A stretch of DNA of 64,000 nt, taken from assembly GCA_963739455.1 (NCBI GenBank), contig CAVUAK010000001.1, forward strand, positions 1,312,001 through 1,376,000. Direction: 5' to 3'. Below the pieces are notes generated by a model. It worked only from the letters and a program-made list of their open reading frames with translations, was not told where the DNA came from and ran no database searches. Made by a program: the position numbers and the translations under genes. Shown here piece by piece: positions 49,390 to 55,613 of this stretch. Source of the DNA: an uncultured Gemmatimonadales bacterium (GTDB taxonomy: Bacteria; Gemmatimonadota; Gemmatimonadetes; Gemmatimonadales; GWC2-71-9). How positions within the stretch are numbered: position 1 is the first letter of the stretch; every line of letters starts with the position of its first letter.

Positions 49390-49508
49390 GAGTCGCGTCC
49401 CAGAGGTCGTCGATCCAGAGCAGTGCCGCACGGCACCAGCAGGGTCGGCTATGGTGGCTGAGCCTGGCTCTCCCCCTACGACCACCGAGACGCGGCTCTT
49501 TTTGTTTT
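49390..49508 (+). ncRNA. Structured Y-shaped RNA (candidate), ending in a U-tract
   Basis: Nested pairings GAGTCGCGTC/GACGCGGCTC, GGTCGT/ACGACC, AGAGC/GCTCT, plus two hairpins (GTGCC-GCAC-GGCAC; CAGG-G-TCGGCTA/TGGCTGA-G-CCTG), followed by TTTTTGTTTT. Confidence 0.5.
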
Positions 49509-49545
49509 CCGTCGATTGACGATTTCCTGATGTAAGGAGTGCACT

Positions 49546-49725
49546 GTGTCCGCGATGTCACGCAGGTCCATCCCAGCACGACCCTGCCGCTTGCATGGGG
49601 CAAAGGTGCGCACGGTCGCGCTCGCGACGGTGAAGGGGGACGTGTATGCGGACCGGCGAGCCTTGGTCGAGGGCGGTCGTGGAATTGATGCGATGCAGGT
49701 GGGGAGCGTGAACCGGGGGCCATAA
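49546..49725 (+). CDS. Leader peptide (59 aa) ending RGP-stop
   Basis: RBS TAAGGAG 6 nt before GTG; MSAMSRRSIPARPCRLHGAKVRTVALATVKGDVYADRRALVEGGRGIDAMQVGSVNRGP*; contains the antiterminator strand. Confidence 0.65.
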   Translation: MSAMSRRSIPARPCRLHGAKVRTVALATVKGDVYADRRALVEGGRGIDAMQVGSVNRGP

Positions 49726-49760
49726 GCGGCCTGGGTTCGGCTCCATCGGGCGAGAGGATC

Positions 49761-49802
49761 GCCCCACCTGCGCAGAAGATGCCGGGTGGGGCTTTTTGTT
49801 TT
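49761..49802 (+). terminator. Intrinsic terminator / attenuator
   Basis: GCCCCACCTG-C-GCA-GAAGA-TGC-CGGGTGGGGC followed by TTTTTGTTTT. Confidence 0.85.
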
Positions 49803-49818
49803 CGGGAAGAGGAGTTTC

Positions 49819-49830
49819 GCTCTTTGACAA
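49819..49830 (+). promoter_or_regulatory. boxA-like antitermination element
   Basis: GCTCTTTGACAA resembles rrn boxA (TGCTCTTTAACA); lies between the attenuator and the stable-RNA genes. Confidence 0.6.
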
Positions 49831-49849
49831 CCGAAGGATGCGATGAAAA

Positions 49850-49913
49850 GACGTGATGACGTGAAGACGTGATGACGTGATGACGTGATGACGTGATGAC
49901 GTGATGACGTGAA
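49850..49913 (+). repeat. Tandem octamer (GACGTGAW)x8
   Basis: Eight consecutive GACGTGAT/GACGTGAA units; the same unit recurs at 50088-50103 and 50542-50573. Confidence 0.95.
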
Positions 49914-49920
49914 GGAACTG

Positions 49921-50006
49921 CAGGCTGTGGCCGACGCGCGGATGGCGTTCTCATGCGAGACCGCGACTCCCGGATGGGGCGTCATTCGTTCGTCGTGCCA
50001 TTTCCT
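49921..50006 (+). ncRNA. Second Y-shaped structured RNA (Y-RNA-like candidate)
   Basis: Long stem TGGC-CGACG-C-GCGGATGGCG / CGTCATTCGT-T-CGTCG-T-GCCA enclosing two hairpins (TCTC-ATGC-GAGA; CTCC-CGGAT-GGGG). Confidence 0.45.
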
Positions 50007-50078
50007 GAAGGCGTTGCGCAATGGGAGCGCGCCCGACTGTCTCTCGGGAGGGTGCGGGTTCGAATCCCGTCGGCTTCG
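50007..50078 (+). tRNA. tRNA-Asp(GTC), atypical, no encoded CCA
   Basis: Acceptor GAAGGCG/CGGCTTC (one G.G), D GCGC/GCGC, anticodon arm CCCGA-CTGTCTC-TCGGG, T arm GCGGG-TTCGAAT-CCCGT, G73. Confidence 0.8.
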
Positions 50079-50112
50079 TTGGTGCCGGACGTGAGGACGT
50101 GAGGGGTTATCC

Positions 50113-50185
50113 CAGGTGCGTAGCTCACTCGGCAGAGCGCGGGGATGTGGCCCCCGAGGAGGTGGTTCGAATCCGCCCCACCTGA
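50113..50185 (+). tRNA. tRNA-His(GTG)-like, atypical acceptor
   Basis: D GCTC/GAGC, anticodon arm CGGGG-ATGTGGC-CCCCG, T arm GGTGG-TTCGAAT-CCGCC; acceptor CAGGTG(C)G/CCACCTG needs a bulge; no G-1/C73. Confidence 0.7.
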
Positions 50186-50191
50186 TGTCAA

Positions 50192-50266
50192 CCGCCCGTA
50201 GCTGAGGCTGGGTCAAGCGCCCGTCTGATACACGGGAGCACGGAGGTTCGATTCCTCCCGGGCGGA
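50192..50266 (+). tRNA. tRNA-Ile(GAT), no encoded CCA
   Basis: Acceptor CCGCCCG/CGGGCGG, anticodon arm CCCGT-CTGATAC-ACGGG, T arm GGAGG-TTCGATT-CCTCC, A73. Confidence 0.85.
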
Positions 50267-50277
50267 CTGCAGCACAA

Positions 50278-50350
50278 TCCTCGTAAGCATTGACGCGTGA
50301 TGCAGCGGGCTCTTAACCCGCAGAGCGGGGTTCGACTCCCCGACGGGGGA
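50278..50350 (+). tRNA. tRNA-Lys(CTT), atypical (A8)
   Basis: Acceptor TCCTCGT/ACGGGGG, D GCAT/ATGC, anticodon arm GCGGG-CTCTTAA-CCCGC, T arm CGGGG-TTCGACT-CCCCG, A73. Confidence 0.85.
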
Positions 50351-50353
50351 CTT

Positions 50354-50425
50354 GCTCCAGTGGCCGAGCGGCCGAGGCACCAGCCTTCCAAGCTGTGGAC
50401 GGGGGTTCGATTCCCTCCTGGAGCT
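50354..50425 (+). tRNA. tRNA-Gly(TCC)
   Basis: Acceptor GCTCCAG/CTGGAGC, anticodon arm CAGC-CTTCCAA-GCTG, T arm GGGGG-TTCGATT-CCCTC, U73. Confidence 0.88.
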
Positions 50426-50462
50426 TTGAACTGCGGGGGACAGGGAACAGGGAACAGGAAAC

Positions 50463-50534
50463 GCGCGGATAGCTCAGCGGGAGAGCGCCGGTCTCACATA
50501 CCGGAAGGCGCTGGTTCAATCCCAGCTCCGCGTA
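50463..50534 (+). tRNA. tRNA-Val(CAC)
   Basis: Acceptor GCGCGGA/TCCGCGT, D GCTC/GAGC, anticodon arm CCGGT-CTCACAT-ACCGG, T arm GCTGG-TTCAATC-CCAGC, A73. Confidence 0.88.
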
Positions 50535-50541
50535 TCGTCAT

Positions 50542-50573
50542 GACGTGAAGACGTGAGGACGTGAAGACGTGAG
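50542..50573 (+). repeat. Tandem octamer (GACGTGAR)x4
   Basis: GACGTGAA GACGTGAG GACGTGAA GACGTGAG between tRNA-Val and rtcB. Confidence 0.9.
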
Positions 50574-50593
50574 GAAACCGAAAGGAGGGTCAG

Positions 50594-51820
50594 GTGAAGA
50601 TCTTTGGAACGCACGACGACGAACACGCGGGCCCAGCTCGCCACAGGTGGCGGAGCGGGCCCGGAAGGTGGCGCTGATGGCCGACGGTCACGTGGGCTAC
50701 GTGATGCCGATCGGTGGAGTGGCGGCCTACGACAACGCGGTCTCGGTGGTGGGAGTGGGGTTCGATATCGCCTGCGGCAACGCCGCGATCCGGACCGACC
50801 TGACGCTGGCCGACCTGGGCGACACCGGTGACGCAGACCGCTCGAGCCTGACGAATCTGGCCGACGAGATCGCCGACACGGTGAGCTTCGGCGTCGGCCG
50901 GAAGAACCGGGCCGACGATGCGCCGACCGATCGATCCGCTGTTCGAGGACGCCGCGTGGGACGCCGTGCCGGCCAAGCATCGCCAGGCGCTCAGGACCAA
51001 GGCGCGCCAGCAGCTCGGCACGGTGGGAAGCGGCAACCACTACGTGGACGTCTTCGCCGACGAGGCGGGAGCGCTGTGGGTCGGCGTGCACTTCGGAAGC
51101 CGGGGATTCGGTCACACCGTCGCCTCGAACTTCCTGGCGCTGAGCCAGGGCAAGGCAAGTGGGGCGATCGGGCGCCCGAGGTCGAGGTGCTGCTGTCGCT
51201 CGACCAGCCGCTGGGTCACGACTACTGGGCCCTGATGGAGCTGGCGGGTCGCTACGCCTACGCCGGCCGGGAGTGGGTGGCCCGGAAGGTGGTCTCGATC
51301 CTCGGCGGGCGGGAGCTGGAGCTGGTGCACAACCATCACAACTTCGCCTGGAAGGAGCAGCACGAGGGCGAGGAGCTGGTGGTGGTGCGGAAGGGAGCGA
51401 CGCCGGCGTTCCCGGGTCAGCTCGGCTTCATCGGCGGATCGATGGGTGACGATGCGGTGATCGTGCGGGGCGCCGACGTCAGGAGATGCAGCGGTCGCCG
51501 AGACGCAGCGAGAGGCGCTCTACTCGACGGTGCACGGGGCCGGGCGAGTGATGAGCCGGACCGCCGCGGCCGGCAAGCGGAACCGGAAGACCGGGGAGAT
51601 CCTGACGCCGGGACGGGTCACGCCCGAGATGATGAAGGGCTGGATCGCGGAGAAGGGTGTGGTACTGCGGGGCGGAGGGCTCGACGAGAGCCCGCAGGTC
51701 TACCGCCGGCTGCCGGACGTCCTGGCGGCGCAGGGCGACACCATCGAGGTCCTGCACACGCTCCGGCCGCTCATCGTGGTCATGGCTGGAGCGAATGAGT
51801 TCGATCCGTACAAGGACTGA
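50594..51820 (+). CDS. rtcB: RtcB family RNA 3'-phosphate/5'-OH ligase; about 5 frameshifts (near 50621, 50643, 50933, 51155, 51483)
   Basis: RBS AAGGAGG + GTG; stitched frames give MADGHVGYVMPIGG, VGFDIACGN, GTVGSGNHY, HFGSRGFG, HNHHN, RKGATP, GSMG, HGAGRVMSR, DESPQVYR. Confidence 0.9.
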
Positions 51821-51936
51821 ACAGCGTTAGGAGGAACTGCAGGAGCATAAGGAGGAACTGCGACAGCGGGTGCTGCGTGGGCCGTCCGCAGTTGCTGTTC
51901 CTCCTCACGTTCTTCTGTTCCTCCTCACGCTGTTCA
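51818..51936. repeat. Long imperfect inverted repeat (arms of about 50 nt built from 20-21-mer units)
   Basis: TGAACAGCGTTAGGAGGAACTGCAGGAGCATAAGGAGGAACTGCGACAGCGG vs CCGCAGTTGCTGTTCCTCCTCACGTTCTTCTGTTCCTCCTCACGCTGTTCA. Confidence 0.85.
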
Positions 51937-51940
51937 TCAC

Positions 51941-52015
51941 TGCTCCGTGGCCGAACGGATTCAAGGCACCCGGCTTCGACCCGGGAGATTGAGGGTTCGA
52001 CTCCCTCCGGGGCAT
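51941..52015 (+). tRNA. tRNA-Arg(TCG)
   Basis: Acceptor TGCTCCG/CGGGGCA, anticodon arm CCCGG-CTTCGAC-CCGGG, T arm GAGGG-TTCGACT-CCCTC; no CCA. Confidence 0.82.
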
Positions 52016-52076
52016 TCTGTCCATCGCATCCATCGGTTGACACACGGACACTCATGCAGGTGGAAGGGAGGGGACC

Positions 52077-52578
52077 ATGTTGCTGTGCCTGGTATACAAC
52101 ACGACCGGAGAGCCGATCGAGCTCGTGCCGTCGCTCATGGGCCTCGTGCTTCACCTGCGGGGCAAGGCGGTGATCCTGGAGACGGTGCCGGGGCGGTTCG
52201 CGCGAAGCCCGCGACTCAGTCTTCCCGCTGCCGGCAAGCGTAGTGCTGCGACAGCACCGGCGAATCGGGTCACGCGTGGCGGCCCTGACCAACGAGCACC
52301 TGTTCCTGCGGGACGGGCACCGGTGCGCGTACTGCGGGCGGCATCGCCGGGAGCTTGGTGCACGGGAGCGACTGACCCGTGACCACCTGGTGCCGCGGTC
52401 AAAGGGAGGAGCCGACACCTGGCTCAACGTGGTAACCGCATGCAGTTCGTGCAATCACGAGAAGAACGACAAGCTACTGAAGGATGCGGGCCGGAAGCCA
52501 CGGGTGGATCCGTGGGAGCCTTCGCGAGGCGAGCTGGTGACGCGACGGCTGTCGGCTCGACAGGCCACAGTGGCATGA
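52077..52578 (+). CDS. HNH endonuclease (McrA/HNH_5-like); one frameshift near 52235
   Basis: RBS GGAGG; N-terminal CLVYNTTGEPIELV; second frame LFLRDGHRCAYCG...LTRDHLVPRSKGGADTWLNVVTACSSCNHEKND. Confidence 0.88.
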
Positions 52579-52590
52579 AAGGAGACGACA

Positions 52591-52905
52591 ATGACAAGCG
52601 CCCGAACAAAGCGAGAGGAGGGATCGGCGGAGATCACGGCAGGCAGCTACTTCGTGGTTACGGGCGCGCACTTCTCGGCCTGGGTGAGCACGGAGATGGC
52701 CCGCCACATCGAGGCTTGCCTCGACGCGACGCCGCGTCCGGAGTGGATCGCGTTCGTCGACCTCAGCGGAGCACGCATCCGCCTCCGAAGCGGGCAGATC
52801 CAGTCGATCTGCCAGAGCACGGTGGAGCAGCGCCAGGTGTATCGTGACTTGTGGCGCGCGCTGCAGCAGGAGAAGCAGGCCGATCGTCGGCCCGACGAAT
52901 ACTGA
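52591..52905 (+). CDS. Hypothetical protein (104 aa), likely last gene of the tRNA/rtcB operon
   Basis: RBS AAAGGAG; 12 nt after the HNH stop. Confidence 0.7.
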   Translation: MTSARTKREEGSAEITAGSYFVVTGAHFSAWVSTEMARHIEACLDATPRPEWIAFVDLSGARIRLRSGQIQSICQSTVEQRQVYRDLWRALQQEKQADRRPDEY

Positions 52906-53009
52906 GTAACGAGCGCGTGACGCGTCGACGCGCCAGAAAGGGGGTATTATGGTGAAGTGGCCTCCCGGCAACGGGAGGCTCTTCATCCAGCTTTTCAGGA
53001 GAGGTTCCC

Positions 53010-53573
53010 ATGTCACGTACCGCTGCCCCATCCCGTCCCGCTCGCCGCTCCCAATCGCCCAACGGATCCGCGGCGGACAGCACCCGGCTTTACACGACCA
53101 AGAATGACCTGCCCCACGATACCCGGGTCCAGGTCGTCGAACTTCTCAGCCAGCGCCTGGCGGATGTGCTCGACCTGCAGTCCCATTGCAAGCAGGCGCA
53201 CTGGAACGTGAAGGGTCCTCACTTCATCGCGCTGCACAAGCTGTTCGATGAGATCGCGGAGGAGGTGGAGGACTACGTGGACGTCATCGCCGAGCGGATT
53301 GTGCAGCTGGGTGGCGTGGCAGAGGGCACGGTGCGGGCGGTGGCTGCGAAGTCGGCGCTGATCGACTATCCGCTGGCGCTCAGCAGCGGCGAGGAGCATG
53401 TCGCCGCGCTCTCCGATTCCCTGTCGCAGTTCGGGCGGACCGTGCGGATGGGCATTGAAGAGATGGGCGAACTGGAAGACGCCGACTCGGCGGACATCCT
53501 GACGGGGGTATCACGCGGCATCGACAAGTGGCTCTGGTTTGTCGAGGCACACCAGCAGGGGCGCAACGGCTAG
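53010..53573 (+). CDS. dps: DNA starvation/stationary-phase protection protein Dps
   Basis: LYTTKNDLP, KQAHWNVKGPHFIALHKLFDE, DVIAERIVQLGG, DKWLWFVEAH. Confidence 0.95.
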   Translation: MSRTAAPSRPARRSQSPNGSAADSTRLYTTKNDLPHDTRVQVVELLSQRLADVLDLQSHCKQAHWNVKGPHFIALHKLFDEIAEEVEDYVDVIAERIVQLGGVAEGTVRAVAAKSALIDYPLALSSGEEHVAALSDSLSQFGRTVRMGIEEMGELEDADSADILTGVSRGIDKWLWFVEAHQQGRNG

Positions 53574-54565
53574 GTTCCGCAGCCGATCCGGGCCTTGCTG
53601 ACAATGAAGTTGTCCAGGTATCGCTCCTCCACCTTCGGGGCGCCGGCGTTCCAGTAGTTCTCGATGAACACGGCGTTGATACCGTAGGTGGAGTAGCTGC
53701 CGACCCAGTTGAGCCCGCTGCGGGTGGCATCGAGCTTTCCGTCCACCCAGAGCTCGAAGAGGCCGTTGGACTGGCCGGCGGTGTTGAGCTTGGCATGCGC
53801 TTCCACACAGTGCCATGCCCCGAGGCTCGGCGCGGTGAAGAGTGGGGTCAGCCCTTGGGCCCTGCCGAGCCAGCGGAGATGGCTGAAGTCGTTGTAGGTG
53901 GTGGTGCGGACGGTGCCGGCAGCATCAGTGCCGGAAGCGGGATCGATGAACAGGTAGTTGAAGGAGGGCGTGGTCCCGCCACTCCAGACATGGGCAATCA
54001 TCGCCTGGGCCCAGCTCGAGCTGGACACAAAAATGGTGGCTCGTGACAGCTTTTCCGCGCCTCCACCCTGCCAGTTGGTCGGGTACCGCACGAAGATGCG
54101 CCAGTAGACCTCGCGATATTTCGCGGTACCGCCATCCACGGGCCGGAAGTAGGGCTGCGGCGTCTTCCCGAAGGCGAGGTGCAGCGCGCCAGACGATGTC
54201 TGCGGCGTCGTCGCGTAGACCGAGCGCATGGCGTACGAGCTACCGACACCAAGGCCGGGCTGGCGGGTGAATCGTCCCCCCGCCTTGGCGAACTCGAAGT
54301 AACGGGCGAGCCGGTCGGTGTCGAAGTCATCGCACCAGATCCACTCTGGACGGGCGCGCGAACACTCGTTCACCAGCGAGGCGGGACTCACGGCGAGGGC
54401 GGCACCAGACAGCGTGTCGAGAATGACGGCTGTGTCGTCACCCGAGTCGCTGGACGCCTCACCTGGCACGGTGCTCGTCTCGGATGGGGCCTTGTCGCAG
54501 GCGGCGGTGCCCAGCAGGATCGACAGGAAGAGCCACGGTGCACGTGGCAGGCGCATTGGATTCAT
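53570..54565 (-). CDS. Lipoprotein with a polysaccharide-lyase-like beta-sandwich
   Basis: Lipobox TAAC; WIWCDDFD, WHCVEAHAKLNT, FELWVDG, YLDNFIVS. Confidence 0.65.
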   Translation of the reverse strand: MNPMRLPRAPWLFLSILLGTAACDKAPSETSTVPGEASSDSGDDTAVILDTLSGAALAVSPASLVNECSRARPEWIWCDDFDTDRLARYFEFAKAGGRFTRQPGLGVGSSYAMRSVYATTPQTSSGALHLAFGKTPQPYFRPVDGGTAKYREVYWRIFVRYPTNWQGGGAEKLSRATIFVSSSSWAQAMIAHVWSGGTTPSFNYLFIDPASGTDAAGTVRTTTYNDFSHLRWLGRAQGLTPLFTAPSLGAWHCVEAHAKLNTAGQSNGLFELWVDGKLDATRSGLNWVGSYSTYGINAVFIENYWNAGAPKVEERYLDNFIVSKARIGCGT

Positions 54566-54676
54566 GGCACAAGGTAGGACATTGCATCCTGGCCTTCCGT
54601 GACCAAGGGCGCATTTTCATAGACATTTTCCAGACGGTTCGTCACACTGCTCCGTCACACTGTATAGGAGTGCCGC

Positions 54677-55600
54677 ATGCCAGACCGGGATCGTGACGCC
54701 ATTATCGCCGTGGCCCTCATGGCTGCGCTGTCCGACGGAAATGCCACGGTTGAGGAAAAGCGCCAGCTGCAGGCGGCCATGAGCCAGGCCGGCACTGGGG
54801 ATCTGGACGCGCTCACCATGCGCATCACCACCGGTCAGCTGAGCCTCCAGGACGTCGCGTCGCGGCTCCCTGACGAGTCGGTTCGGCGCGAGGCCTATGA
54901 GCTGGCTGTGCTGGTGTGTCATGCGGATGGGCCCGCGAATGCCGCGGAGGCGAGCTTTCTCTCTGCCCTCCGGGGCGCCCTGGGCTTGAGCGACGCGTCA
55001 GCTGGTGTCATCGATCGCGAAGCGGCGACGGTGAGCGCGGCGGCCAGTTCGGCGGTGGCTCCGGTGGGCAGCGGCACGCCGCCGTCGCCGGCCGGACTCG
55101 ACGAGCTGATCCAGCAGCAGGCGATCATCACCGGTGCGCTGGAGATCCTGCCCGACCGGCTGGCGAACCTTGCCATCATTCCGCTCCAGTTGCGGCTGGT
55201 CTACCAGGTCGGCCAGGCCCACGGACAGCAGATGGATGCGAACCAGATCCGTGACCTCGCGGGCGCGCTCGGCATCGGTGCTGCGGCGCAGGTCATGGAA
55301 GGCGCCGTGCGAAAGCTCCTGGGTGGTGCGGCCTCGAGCATACTGGGCGGACTGCTCGGCGGGACGGCGGGGCTTGCGGCGGGTGCCGCCGTCACGTTCG
55401 CCTCGACCTATGCGTTGGGGCACGTGGCGAAGCAGTACTATGCGCAGGGCCGCCGGCTCAGCACCGCCGACCTGAAGGCGCTCTTCGCCCGCTTCCAGGA
55501 GGAGGCCAAGACCCTGTATCCGAAGGTGCAGTCGCAGGTGCAGTCGCAGGCCAAGTCGCTCAACGTGCAGCAATTGCTCTCGGGATTGCGCCTGCCCTAG
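54677..55600 (+). CDS. TerB-like N-terminal domain plus DUF697/YcjF-like C-terminal domain protein
   Basis: ALMAALSDG...EEK, AVLVCHADG...AEASFL; AIIPLQLRLVYQVGQAHG, FASTYALGHVAKQYY. Confidence 0.75.
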   Translation: MPDRDRDAIIAVALMAALSDGNATVEEKRQLQAAMSQAGTGDLDALTMRITTGQLSLQDVASRLPDESVRREAYELAVLVCHADGPANAAEASFLSALRGALGLSDASAGVIDREAATVSAAASSAVAPVGSGTPPSPAGLDELIQQQAIITGALEILPDRLANLAIIPLQLRLVYQVGQAHGQQMDANQIRDLAGALGIGAAAQVMEGAVRKLLGGAASSILGGLLGGTAGLAAGAAVTFASTYALGHVAKQYYAQGRRLSTADLKALFARFQEEAKTLYPKVQSQVQSQAKSLNVQQLLSGLRLP

Positions 55601-55613
55601 GGGGACGACGACC

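Noticed and set aside
49380..49508. T-box or known riboswitch
   Set aside because: No T-box GGTGGnACCGCG motif or other riboswitch consensus recognised.
49850..49913. CRISPR array
   Set aside because: 8-nt units are directly tandem with no unique spacers, and no cas genes are in the window.
49166..50548. ORF-track ORFs over the tRNA region (49166-49954, 49476-50216, 50297-50548 and others)
   Set aside because: They are antisense or overlapping translations of tRNAs and repeats (HHVITSSR repeats, GFEPP, DSNP signatures).
50594..51820. Programmed frameshifting, intein or intron in rtcB
   Set aside because: About five shifts with no slippery heptamers, total length fits an uninterrupted RtcB, and similar indels affect unrelated genes such as amtB.
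51941..52015. tRNA-Glu(TTC) reading
   Set aside because: The 7-nt loop CTTCGAC between 5-bp arms centres on TCG (Arg); Glu would need an extra T.
50007..52578. Prophage or integrative element carrying tRNAs
   Set aside because: No integrase, structural or replication genes, no duplicated tRNA 3' end (att site) seen, and the flanks are ordinary chromosomal genes.
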